From an uncultured Hyphomonas sp. (GTDB lineage: Bacteria > Pseudomonadota > Alphaproteobacteria > Caulobacterales > Hyphomonadaceae): 59,389 nt of DNA. The position numbers and the translations under genes were made by a program. This document shows positions 1-8,898 of the stretch, one piece after another. The notes under the pieces were generated by a model that saw only the letters and a program-made list of their open reading frames with translations, did not search any database and was not told the DNA's origin. Every line of letters begins with the position of its first letter. Position 1 is the stretch's first letter. The stretch is from NCBI GenBank assembly GCA_964528975.1, contig CAZGVG010000002.1:1-59389 (forward strand), given 5' to 3'.

Positions 1-1
1 C

Positions 2-676
2 GCGGTCATTAAGACAGGTGGCAAACAGTATAAAGTTGCCGAAGGTGATGAGATCGTCATCGAGAAACTCGCCGTGGAAGCTGGCGAGAATGTTACGTTT
101 GAGAACGTTTTGATGTTGGGCGACGGTGGCAAGGTCACTGTCGGTGAGCCAACCGTTTCTGGTGCTTCTGTGGTTGGAACAGTTTCTGAGCACCGCAAAG
201 GTACCAAGAAGCTGATCATGAAGAAGCGTCAGCGAAATACCTACCGCCGCAAGAAAGGTCATCGCCAGCTTGAAATGGTTGTGACCATCGACTCTATTCT
301 TGCAGACGGTAAGAAGGCGCCTGCTAAAAAAGCGGCTCCAAAGAAAGCTGCACCTAAGAAGGAAGTAGCGCCTAAGGCTGAAGCTAAACCGGACGCCCCC
401 AAAAAAGCTGCCCCAAAGAAAGCTGATACAGCTGCAATGGATGATCGCGGTCGTCTTTCAGCTCCGCAAGGTGAGGCTGATGACCTGAAAAAGATCAAAG
501 GCGTTGGTAAAGTCCTTGAGGGCAAGCTGAACGATGCTGGTATCTTCCACTTCTGGCAGGTTGCCGCCCTCAAGAAAGCTCAGATCGAAGAGCTTGAAGA
601 GGAAATGAGCTTCCCAGGCCGTATCACACGAGACGACTGGGTTTCACAAGCTAAAGAATTCGCAAAAGAGGCGTAA
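2..676 (+). CDS. rplU: 50S ribosomal protein L21 with Lys/Ala-rich linker and C-terminal helix-hairpin-helix (DUF4332-like) extension; 5'-truncated by window edge
   Basis: Frame open from base 2: AVIKTGGKQYKVAEGD...KKGHRQ L21 signatures; followed by rpmA; tail DDLKKIKGVG...WVSQAKEF. Confidence 0.96.
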   Translation, partial: AVIKTGGKQYKVAEGDEIVIEKLAVEAGENVTFENVLMLGDGGKVTVGEPTVSGASVVGTVSEHRKGTKKLIMKKRQRNTYRRKKGHRQLEMVVTIDSILADGKKAPAKKAAPKKAAPKKEVAPKAEAKPDAPKKAAPKKADTAAMDDRGRLSAPQGEADDLKKIKGVGKVLEGKLNDAGIFHFWQVAALKKAQIEELEEEMSFPGRITRDDWVSQAKEFAKEA

Positions 677-713
677 GGCTGTTATAGCCTGTCTGAATTA
701 GAGGAGCGCCGAG

Positions 714-983
714 ATGGCTCATAAAAAATCAGGTGGTTCGTCCAAGAACGGTCGCGATTCGAATCCTAAATACCTTGGCACCAAGAAGTATGGTGGCGAG
801 CACGTAATCCCTGGCAACATTATTATTCGCCAGCGCGGAACGAAGACATATCCGGGCCGCGGCGTTGGTATGGGTAAAGACCATACGCTTTTTGCGCTGG
901 TTGAGGGTAAGGTTGAGTTTACGCGTAAGCGTAATAACCGCCAGTATGTGTCTGTCGCCCCGCTCGCCGAAGCAGCTGAATAG
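714..983 (+). CDS. rpmA: 50S ribosomal protein L27
   Basis: [34 protein letters not shown] motifs; GAGGAG RBS. Confidence 0.98.
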   Translation: MAHKKSGGSSKNGRDSNPKYLGTKKYGGEHVIPGNIIIRQRGTKTYPGRGVGMGKDHTLFALVEGKVEFTRKRNNRQYVSVAPLAEAAE

Positions 984-1024
984 GCGCGCCGCATAAGGCC
1001 GCCAGAGGGTGGCCAAAAGTTCTC

Positions 1025-1054
1025 AAGGGGAGACAGGCCACTGTCTCCCTTTTT
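1025..1054 (+). terminator. Rho-independent terminator after rplU-rpmA
   Basis: GGGAGACAG-GCCA-CTGTCTCCC 9-bp stem followed by TTTTT. Confidence 0.8.
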
Positions 1055-1090
1055 GTTTGTCTCCCCTTTGGCTCCACGGAGACGATTGTT

Positions 1091-1645
1091 ATGGCCCCTG
1101 TTATTCTACATACGCAAAGACTGACCCTGCGCGCGCCGCAGCCGCGTGATGCGGCGCAAATTGCAGAGCGTATCGGGATCAAGGACGTTGCCTGGAATCT
1201 CGGCCGCGCACCTTATCCCTACGAGCTATCCGATGCTGAAGCCTTTATAGAGAAGGCTGGAACGAACTGGGCTGAAGGTAAGGCCTGTGTTTTCATGCTT
1301 GAGCATCCAACTGATGGCGTCATTGGCTGCACAGGCCTCGATAAGCATGGTGAGAATCTGTGGGAGATTGGATATTGGGCCGGAAAACCCTGGTGGGGAC
1401 AGGGTTTTGTAAGTGAAGCAGCGCAGGCTGTTATGGAATGGGCGGAAACTGAGAAAGAGATTAGCGGCTTCGTGTCTGGGCATTTTACCGATAATCCCGC
1501 CTCGGGACGCGTGTTGGAAAAGCTGGGGTTTATTGCCGTCGGAGTTGTGGATCATGTGGGGGCAGCGCGGGGCGGTCCAAGCCCAGCAATGCGGTATGCA
1601 CGCGGGGCACCTCCTGAGATGGCCTTGCAGACCGCATCACATTAG
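1091..1645 (+). CDS. GNAT (RimJ/RimL-type) N-acetyltransferase
   Basis: TQRLTLRAP, WEIGYW, WGQGFVSEA, NPASGRVLEKLGF motifs; usual position between rpmA and obgE. Confidence 0.9.
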   Translation: MAPVILHTQRLTLRAPQPRDAAQIAERIGIKDVAWNLGRAPYPYELSDAEAFIEKAGTNWAEGKACVFMLEHPTDGVIGCTGLDKHGENLWEIGYWAGKPWWGQGFVSEAAQAVMEWAETEKEISGFVSGHFTDNPASGRVLEKLGFIAVGVVDHVGAARGGPSPAMRYARGAPPEMALQTASH

Positions 1646-1660
1646 TGAAGAAGAGACGCT

Positions 1661-2704
1661 ATGAAATTCCTTGATCAAGCCAAAGCCTATGTCCAAGCGG
1701 GCCATGGCGGAAACGGATGCGCCGCTTTCCGACGTGAAGCCTATGTTGAGTTTGGTGGCCCTGATGGCGGCGATGGCGGCCGTGGTGGACATGTTTATAT
1801 CGAAGCGGTTCAGGGCCTCAACACGCTGATCGATTTTCGCTACCAACAGCACCATAAGGCTGAGCGCGGCGGGCACGGCATGGGCAAACAGCGCCATGGT
1901 CGCACGGGCGCTGACAAGATCCTGAAAGTCCCGGTTGGAACGCAGATCTTTGAAGAAGATCAGGAAACCATGATCGCTGACCTGACCGAGATCGGACAGC
2001 GTGTCATGGTCGCACGCGGCGGTAATGGCGGTTGGGGCAATCTACGCTTTAAAACGGCGACCAATCGGGCCCCGCGCCGCGCCAATAAGGGCGAAGAGGG
2101 CGAAGAGTTTACCCTATGGCTTCGCATGAAACTGATCGCGGATGCCGGGCTACTCGGCCTGCCGAACGCAGGTAAGTCGACATTCCTTAGCCGAGCAACA
2201 GCTGCGAAACCCAAGATTGCGGACTATCCTTTTACGACGCTGCATCCGGGGCTTGGTATTGTCGATCTAGGAACCAGCACGCGATTTGTTCTGGCCGACA
2301 TCCCGGGTCTGGTTGAGGGCGCGGCTGAAGGGATTGGCCTTGGTCATACGTTCCTGGGCCATGTTGAGCGCTGTAAAGTCCTCCTGCACCTAATTGACTG
2401 TACCCAAGATGCGCCTGATGAAGCCTACCGCACTATTCGCGGCGAGTTGGAAGCTTATGGCGGCGAGCTAGCAGCCAAACCTGAAATTGTGGCGCTTTCG
2501 AAAGTTGATGTCCTGTCTGAAGATATCGTCGATGAGCAAGCCGTCCTGTTGAAAGCGGCCTGCGGGCAAGAGCCTTTACGGCTTTCAGCGGTAACGGGGC
2601 TTGGCGTAAAGCCAGCGCTTAGTCAGATGGCGCGCGCCCTTGGCCAACTGGTTGAAGATGAGATCGGCGAAGATGAAGAGACAGGGTGGAGCCCGGTTGG
2701 ATGA
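1661..2704 (+). CDS. obgE: GTPase ObgE/CgtA
   Basis: [41 protein letters not shown]. Confidence 0.98.
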   Translation: MKFLDQAKAYVQAGHGGNGCAAFRREAYVEFGGPDGGDGGRGGHVYIEAVQGLNTLIDFRYQQHHKAERGGHGMGKQRHGRTGADKILKVPVGTQIFEEDQETMIADLTEIGQRVMVARGGNGGWGNLRFKTATNRAPRRANKGEEGEEFTLWLRMKLIADAGLLGLPNAGKSTFLSRATAAKPKIADYPFTTLHPGLGIVDLGTSTRFVLADIPGLVEGAAEGIGLGHTFLGHVERCKVLLHLIDCTQDAPDEAYRTIRGELEAYGGELAAKPEIVALSKVDVLSEDIVDEQAVLLKAACGQEPLRLSAVTGLGVKPALSQMARALGQLVEDEIGEDEETGWSPVG

Positions 2705-3831
2705 CGGCTGAACTTGCGTCATCTCCTCTCAAAACCGCTAAGCGGATCGTTGTTAAAATCGGCTCTTCACTTGTTGCTGACAATGGTCTTGCGCGCCAGA
2801 AATGGCTTACAGATTTAGCGGCCGATATTGCGGCCCTGAAAGCGAGCGGGTGTGAGGTCATCCTCGTGTCCTCTGGGGCCATCGCGCTGGGCCGAAATAG
2901 TCTTGGGGCAGACAGGCCCCGCAAGCTTGAAGAGAAGCAGGCCGCTGCAGCGCTTGGTCAACCGCTTTTGATGGCGGCATTAGGAGAGGCGTTTGCCGAT
3001 CATAGCCTTTCTGTTGCACAAGCCCTGCTGACGCTTGATGATACTGAACACAGACGCCGCTGGTTGAATGCGCGCGCGACGCTGGAAACGCTTCTGGCGG
3101 TTGGCGCCGTCCCGATCATCAATGAGAATGATACGGTTGCGACCGATGAGATCCGGTTTGGCGACAATGACCGCCTTGCTGCCCGCGTGGCGCAAATGGT
3201 TGCCAGCGACGTTCTGGTCCTCTTGTCCGATATTGATGGGCTATATAGCGCGGACCCGCGCATAGATTCTAGCGCGCAACATATTCCAGTTCTGCGTGAA
3301 ATCGAGCCCCGGCATGAAGTGATGGCGGGGCAAAGCAATCCTGATGCGGATGTCGGCAGTGGTGGAATGACAACCAAACTTGCTGCAGCCAAGATCGCTT
3401 GGGCGGCAGGGTGTGCAACGGCCATAACTCTTGGCGACCGCCCCCGGCCTTTGCAGGCTTTGAGGGATGGGGGTCGTGCAACTTGGATTTTACCGCCTTT
3501 GACCCCGGATAAGGCCCGTGAGGTCTGGTTACGAGGTCATTTGACCCCAGAAGGGGCTATTTTAGTGGATGAAGGCGCGACCAAGGCGCTTCTCGGCGGC
3601 GCGAGCCTTCTTCCTGTGGGTGTTATTGGGGTTGAGGGTCGTTTTGCGCGGGGTGCGGCGGTTGCCATTAAGGATCGCTCAGGAGTACATATCGCTAAAG
3701 GTGTTGTTGCGTATAGCTCCGATGATGCCTTGCGGATTGCCGGACTGCAATCAGATCAGGTCGAAGCTGAGCTTGGCTTTCGTGGACGACCAGCGCTTGT
3801 ACATCGTAATGATTTGGTACTTGAGCGCTGA
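2701..3831 (+). CDS. proB: Glutamate 5-kinase with PUA domain
   Basis: [39 protein letters not shown]; ATG overlaps the obgE stop. Confidence 0.96.
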   Translation: MTAELASSPLKTAKRIVVKIGSSLVADNGLARQKWLTDLAADIAALKASGCEVILVSSGAIALGRNSLGADRPRKLEEKQAAAALGQPLLMAALGEAFADHSLSVAQALLTLDDTEHRRRWLNARATLETLLAVGAVPIINENDTVATDEIRFGDNDRLAARVAQMVASDVLVLLSDIDGLYSADPRIDSSAQHIPVLREIEPRHEVMAGQSNPDADVGSGGMTTKLAAAKIAWAAGCATAITLGDRPRPLQALRDGGRATWILPPLTPDKAREVWLRGHLTPEGAILVDEGATKALLGGASLLPVGVIGVEGRFARGAAVAIKDRSGVHIAKGVVAYSSDDALRIAGLQSDQVEAELGFRGRPALVHRNDLVLER

Positions 3832-3870
3832 TGCTTGACTTGGGTTTGGAACCCGGGCCCTGTGCGCTTT

Positions 3871-5322
3871 ATGGGTAAGCAATCCTCTCTTTCAAAGCGC
3901 ATTGGGCTAGGACTTGGGCCGCTCCTGGCAGCGATTATGCTGCTGGCCGGGGCGCCGGAGGGCTTGTCCTCTGGGGCTTGGGCCACAGGCGCGTTGATGG
4001 TTTGGATGGCGATCTGGTGGGCGACTGAGCCAATCCCGATCCCGGTAACCTCACTTTTGCCATTGCTGATTTTGCCTCTTGTCGGGGCGGCCTCAGCCAA
4101 AGAGGTCGGCGCTGGCTATGCACACCATATCGTTCTTCTTTTGCTGGGTGGTTTCATCGTGGCGCTCACCATAGAGCGCTGGAATCTACACAAGCGAATT
4201 GCGCTGAATATTGTTTCGGTTGTGGGGGCTTCACCCCTGTCTCTGATTGCGGGATTTATGGCTGCAACGGCTTTGCTCTCTATGTGGATTTCCAACACCG
4301 CGACGACTTTGATGATGGTGCCGATCGCTCTGTCAGCTGCGGCCGCCCTGAAAGATGAGAGCGGTAAGTTCGTCGTCGCGCTGTTGCTGGGGGTTTGCTA
4401 CGCCGCCTCGATTGGCGGGGTTGCAACGCCAATTGGGACGCCAACCAATCTGATCGCTATGGATTGGTTGCAGCGTGAGACAGGTTCAAGCATCAGTTTC
4501 CCCCAATGGATGGCTTTTGGAATACCGGCCGTCCTTATTTTGGTTCCAGCTGCGTGGTGGAGCGTAACGCGCGGTTTGGGTACGTTTAAGGACGGCGCTG
4601 CTGCGGTGGAGCGTGTTCGGTTAGACAAGCAAGGGCTTGGCAAAATGACCGAGCCTGAGCGCCGCGTGGCGATTATTTTTGCTTTGGTGGCGATGCTCTG
4701 GGTGAGCCGGCTTTGGACGTTTGGCTTCGCTGAGAGCCAAGGCTGGAGTGCGCTCGGTGTCGTCAATAATGCTCAAGGTGATATGATGATCGCGATTTTC
4801 GGCGCTCTTCTGGTTTTCTTGGTGCCAGCCGGGGCAGAGACCAATCGAGCGCTGCTGAAATGGGAAGAAGCGGTCAAACTACCTTGGGGTGTACTGCTTC
4901 TGTTTGGCGGCGGTATCGCGCTTGGCAATGCCGTCAAAAGCACAGGGCTTTCAGCCTGGATCGGAGAGACTTTGGGCGTTCTGGATGTCTTGCCTGCCTT
5001 GGCGTTCATTTTGATCGTGGTGGCTCTGGTTCTATTCTTGACTGAACTGACCAGCAATGTTGCGACAATGACAACTTTAGCGCCTATCCTCGGTAGTCTG
5101 GCGATCGCAACCGGGGCGGCGCCATCCAGCCTTCTCGCGCCTGCGGCTGTGGCTGCGAGCTGCGCTTTTATGCTGCCCGTCGCGACCGCGCCAAATGCGA
5201 TTATCTATGCGACAGGTGAAGTTTCAATCAGCATGATGATGAAGCGTGGTCTGCGTCTAAACCTGATTGCAATCGCAGTGATTACAGCGATTGGCTACTG
5301 GCTGGCGCCCTTAGTGCTTTAG
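3871..5322 (+). CDS. SLC13/DASS family sodium:dicarboxylate or sulfate symporter
   Basis: LSMWISNTATT, GTPTNLI, TELTSNVAT, AFMLPVATAPNAI; many TM helices. Confidence 0.92.
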   Translation: MGKQSSLSKRIGLGLGPLLAAIMLLAGAPEGLSSGAWATGALMVWMAIWWATEPIPIPVTSLLPLLILPLVGAASAKEVGAGYAHHIVLLLLGGFIVALTIERWNLHKRIALNIVSVVGASPLSLIAGFMAATALLSMWISNTATTLMMVPIALSAAAALKDESGKFVVALLLGVCYAASIGGVATPIGTPTNLIAMDWLQRETGSSISFPQWMAFGIPAVLILVPAAWWSVTRGLGTFKDGAAAVERVRLDKQGLGKMTEPERRVAIIFALVAMLWVSRLWTFGFAESQGWSALGVVNNAQGDMMIAIFGALLVFLVPAGAETNRALLKWEEAVKLPWGVLLLFGGGIALGNAVKSTGLSAWIGETLGVLDVLPALAFILIVVALVLFLTELTSNVATMTTLAPILGSLAIATGAAPSSLLAPAAVAASCAFMLPVATAPNAIIYATGEVSISMMMKRGLRLNLIAIAVITAIGYWLAPLVL

Positions 5323-5325
5323 GTT

Positions 5326-5628
5326 CTATTTGCAGGAACAGGCTTTGTCATCTTCCAGTTCGCCGAAGCCATCTGCGATGAGGGTCTGGACTGCTGCTAT
5401 GGCCTCTTTTGCGCCTGACCCTGCGGCTTTGAGTTGGACCGTTGAGCCTATGCCCGCCCCAAGGCAAAGCAAGTCCATGATTGAGCGCGCATCAGCGGTT
5501 TCGCCCTCAAACTCAACTGTCACAGGTGTTGGAAGCTTCAAGGCAAGCGCAGCAAGCTTCGCAGAGGCTCTCGCGTGGAGGCCTTTGAGATTGATAATCT
5601 TGGCGGCGCGTTGAATGGCATTTGTCAT
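5326..5628 (-). CDS. ptsH: HPr/NPr family phosphocarrier protein
   Basis: GLHARAS (phospho-His) and DARSIMDLL (regulatory Ser). Confidence 0.9.
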   Translation of the reverse strand: MTNAIQRAAKIINLKGLHARASAKLAALALKLPTPVTVEFEGETADARSIMDLLCLGAGIGSTVQLKAAGSGAKEAIAAVQTLIADGFGELEDDKACSCK

Positions 5629-6029
5629 TTGGAACGGCTCATCACTTCAGATCCGATACGGATATAGCGTTTCCCGGCATCACTGGCGGCTTGAACGGCT
5701 TCTTCAAGTGTTAAATCGCTGCGGATTTGTGCAAGGTGGATCAGCATAGGCAAGTTCACGCCGCCGATCACATCAACTTTGCCACTTGAAAGGTTGGAGA
5801 GGGCGAGATTGGATGGCGTACCACCAAACATATCGGTCAGGATGATAACGCCTTTGCCATTATTGCAGGCTTTCACTGTATCGCGAATTTCGTCCCGGCG
5901 TTTGTCAATGTCGTCTTCAACCTCGATTGAAAGCGCCTCAAACGCATCCTGTTCGCCGACCACATGTTTGGCGGCACGAACAAGTTCGTCGGCGAGTTTG
6001 CCATGGCTAACGACAACAATTCCGATCAT
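5625..6029 (-). CDS. PTS EIIA, mannose/fructose-type (ManX-like)
   Basis: MIGIVVVSHG, LTDMFGGTPSN, GVNLPML. Confidence 0.92.
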   Translation of the reverse strand: MIGIVVVSHGKLADELVRAAKHVVGEQDAFEALSIEVEDDIDKRRDEIRDTVKACNNGKGVIILTDMFGGTPSNLALSNLSSGKVDVIGGVNLPMLIHLAQIRSDLTLEEAVQAASDAGKRYIRIGSEVMSRSK

Positions 6030-6153
6030 AAGACCGTCCTATACCTCTTCACTATAAAGAGGCTGACACAGCAAAGGTTAAGGTCAAGTCAGTTTTTCAG
6101 GATTAACTATAGCTGCAAGCAATCTGTGGTTCAGTCGCCACGCTTTCTTAAGC

Positions 6154-6603
6154 TCAGCTCACTTTGTCTAGGTTTGCGAAAAAATCAGCGTAAAGCGTCT
6201 CAGCCTCTTCAGACATCAAGCCTATTTCAACATGCAGTCCTGCTTCGCAAAGACGATTAATCCCGTCTTTTGCCACCGGATGAGGGTCACGTATGGCCAC
6301 AATGACGTTCGCAATGCCGGCTTCGATCAAGCGCTGCGAGCAGCCTGCTTCTCCGGATGAGCGCTGGCGGCAAGGTTCCAGAGTCACGTAGGCTGTTCCG
6401 CCAGCCGCTGCGCCCATCGGCAAACGTCGCAAAGCGGTCTGTTCAGCATGAGGGCTCCCGCCATCACCGGTTGCGGCTTCGCTGAGCTTCTGGTCATCCC
6501 GGTCGAGAATAACACAGCCAACACTTGGGTTTTTGCCTGTGCGCCCAAACTGCAAGCGGGCGAGCTCCAGCGCGCGGGCCATATGTTTGCTATGTGCGCT
6601 CAT
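6154..6603 (-). CDS. Stand-alone RibD-like zinc deaminase (deaminase domain only)
   Basis: NPSVGCVI, HAE, YVTLEPC-x8-C, DPHP; ends at 149 aa with no reductase domain. Confidence 0.8.
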   Translation of the reverse strand: MSAHSKHMARALELARLQFGRTGKNPSVGCVILDRDDQKLSEAATGDGGSPHAEQTALRRLPMGAAAGGTAYVTLEPCRQRSSGEAGCSQRLIEAGIANVIVAIRDPHPVAKDGINRLCEAGLHVEIGLMSEEAETLYADFFANLDKVS

Positions 6604-7454
6604 TCAAACACCACCGTGCGCGGCCCATTGAGGAAAACACGGCCTTCGGCATGGGCTGTTACGGCGCGGGCGAGGACACGGGCCTCAATATCCTTACCAA
6701 GCTCCGCCATCCGCTCTGGCGGTAGCCTATGGTCAACTGGAGATACATCCTGGGCGATGATTGGGCCTTCATCCAAGTCTGCGGTCACATAATGAGCCGT
6801 TGCGCCCATCAGTTTTACACCGCGCGCATAGGCCTGGTGGTAGGGCCGGGCGCCTTTGAAGCTGGGTAAGGCAGAGTGATGAATGTTGATGCACTTTCCT
6901 TCGAGTTCTCGGCTCAGATCATTGGACAGTATCTGCATATAGCGCGCCAGAACCACAATATCGGACTGCGTGCTTTCGATAAGCTCAAGCAGCTCTGTTT
7001 CAGCAGTGCTTTTCGTCTCTTTGGTCACCGGGATATGGTGGAAAGGGATATCATGGCGTTCTGCGTGCCATTGCGCGTCTGGATGATTTGAAACGACCGC
7101 GACAATCTCAGCCCCCAGACGCTTGCGGCGATGGCGGTAGAGGAGATCGTTCAGGCAATGGTCTCCCTTTGATACCATAATTAGGGCACGCGGCCTGGCA
7201 GCTTCCTTGCGCAGTGACCAATCTATTTCGCGCCGGGATGCAAGCGTCGAAAACCCATCCTCGAATGCGCCCTGATTAAAGCCTACTTCTGCAGAAAACT
7301 TGGCCCAGATGAAGAAACGCTTGGTTTGTGGGTCCCCGAAATCACGGCTTTCAGTCACGCTTACACGGTGACTCGCAAGATGCCCCATGACATCAGCCAT
7401 AATACCGATCGCGTCGGGGGCAGCGGCCCTCAGTATATATTGTTGGTCGCTCAA
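6600..7454 (-). CDS. purU: Formyltetrahydrofolate deformylase
   Basis: N-terminal ACT domain; HCLNDLLYR, LARYMQILS, INIHHS.LPSFKGARPYHQA, DLDEGPII. Confidence 0.95.
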   Translation of the reverse strand: MSDQQYILRAAAPDAIGIMADVMGHLASHRVSVTESRDFGDPQTKRFFIWAKFSAEVGFNQGAFEDGFSTLASRREIDWSLRKEAARPRALIMVSKGDHCLNDLLYRHRRKRLGAEIVAVVSNHPDAQWHAERHDIPFHHIPVTKETKSTAETELLELIESTQSDIVVLARYMQILSNDLSRELEGKCINIHHSALPSFKGARPYHQAYARGVKLMGATAHYVTADLDEGPIIAQDVSPVDHRLPPERMAELGKDIEARVLARAVTAHAEGRVFLNGPRTVVFE

Positions 7455-8164
7455 GGGAGGTCCGGTAGGTCTTTTGCGCGCTCATCATCGAGGTAACGCG
7501 CTGCAACAGGCACCAGGGCTTCATTCAGGTCTAGCAGAAGCGGGTTTCCAGTTGGGATTTCCAGACCAGTAATGGTCTCATCAGGCACACGGAAGAGGTG
7601 TTTAACCAAAGCCCGGAGTGAATTTCCATGCGCTGAGATAATCGTATCCTGACCAGACGCGAGAACCGGGACGATCGTGCTTTCCCAATAAGGCAAGACG
7701 CGCTCAAGCGTGAGTTTTAGGCTTTCGGCCTGGGGTGTCTCAATCCCAGCATAACGCGGATCATCTGCTAGATCATAGGTGCTGCCGGTTTCCATTGGCG
7801 GCGGCGGCACATCGTAAGAACGGCGCCAGATATGGACTTGATCCTTGCCGTGCTTTTCAGCGGTTTCAGCCTTATCCAAACCCGTCAGGCCGCCATAGTG
7901 GCGTTCATTCAGCCGCCAATGCTTTTCAACCGGGATCCAGGCGCGGTCTAACGCTGCAAGACTGAGCCAGAGTGTGCGGATCGCGCGCGTCTGGTAGCTG
8001 GTAAAGGCAAATACAGGCTCAACGCCTTCTGCTTTCAACAGTTCGCCGCCCTTTTTGGCTTCAGCTTCACCCTTTTCAGTTAAGTCAGCGTCCCACCAGC
8101 CAGTAAAACGGTTCTCAAGGTTCCATTGGCTTTGACCATGGCGAGTGAGTATAAGCTTGGGCAT
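7451..8164 (-). CDS. gpmA: 2,3-bisphosphoglycerate-dependent phosphoglycerate mutase
   Basis: RHGQSQWNLENRFTGW, LNERHYG, AHGNSLRAL, EIPTG. Confidence 0.97.
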   Translation of the reverse strand: MPKLILTRHGQSQWNLENRFTGWWDADLTEKGEAEAKKGGELLKAEGVEPVFAFTSYQTRAIRTLWLSLAALDRAWIPVEKHWRLNERHYGGLTGLDKAETAEKHGKDQVHIWRRSYDVPPPPMETGSTYDLADDPRYAGIETPQAESLKLTLERVLPYWESTIVPVLASGQDTIISAHGNSLRALVKHLFRVPDETITGLEIPTGNPLLLDLNEALVPVAARYLDDERAKDLPDLP

Positions 8165-8303
8165 CAGGATCATTTTTCCGTTAAAAAAGCTTCAGAAATC
8201 AATCTGAAAGAGTTTCGGGGTCGCGCTTCATTGATCGCGTTGCTATCAGAGCGAAGAGCGGATTTCTACCCGTTCTTGAAAGTTGCAGGTCGCAGGAGCT
8301 GAT

Positions 8304-8894
8304 TTGAGGGACATATTCTTTTATCCACTGACCTTACTGGTCGGAGCAGCGATGGTCGGTCTTGCCGTTCTTGCGGGGGTTGGGCAGCCGAGATGTGGCC
8401 CGTTTGGCGGTGGAAATGGTCCGGCGGATTATAGTCTGATTGTGCTTGGGGGGCAGGACCTCTGCCGGATGGCAGGGTATCGAGGCTATGAGTTAAAGCT
8501 GGATCAAGGCACGCTTGAGATCAAAGCTGATGCGGATGCGAACTTTCCGGAAGTTGAGCGTAATGCGCATTTTCAACTAGGGCCTGATTTGGAGACGGTT
8601 TATGCGGGCCAGAATGTCGAGATTGCTTTTACTGTTAAGCCAACAGACGGCGCAGGCGCAGAAGCGTTCGAGTTCAATTACTCGACTGGAAATGCAGGTG
8701 ATACAGGTTGGACCCGCTTTGAGTTGAAGCCGGAGTGGGACACGTATACGGCAGTCGTCCAAATTCCGCGCAAACTGTTGGAAACCGCGACAGCCTTTGA
8801 TTATCTATCTGTCCGTCCAGTTGTACCAGAGAAAACGCGCGGCATAGAGCTGAAAGAGATTACTTTCAAACGCCTGGGCCTCTGGAAAGACTAG
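8304..8894 (+). CDS. Hypothetical membrane-anchored/periplasmic protein, beta-rich (possibly galactose-binding-like fold)
   Basis: TTG start after AGGAG; one N-terminal TM segment then a beta-strand-rich domain; fold is inference. Confidence 0.6.
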   Translation: MRDIFFYPLTLLVGAAMVGLAVLAGVGQPRCGPFGGGNGPADYSLIVLGGQDLCRMAGYRGYELKLDQGTLEIKADADANFPEVERNAHFQLGPDLETVYAGQNVEIAFTVKPTDGAGAEAFEFNYSTGNAGDTGWTRFELKPEWDTYTAVVQIPRKLLETATAFDYLSVRPVVPEKTRGIELKEITFKRLGLWKD

Positions 8895-8898
8895 AGCT

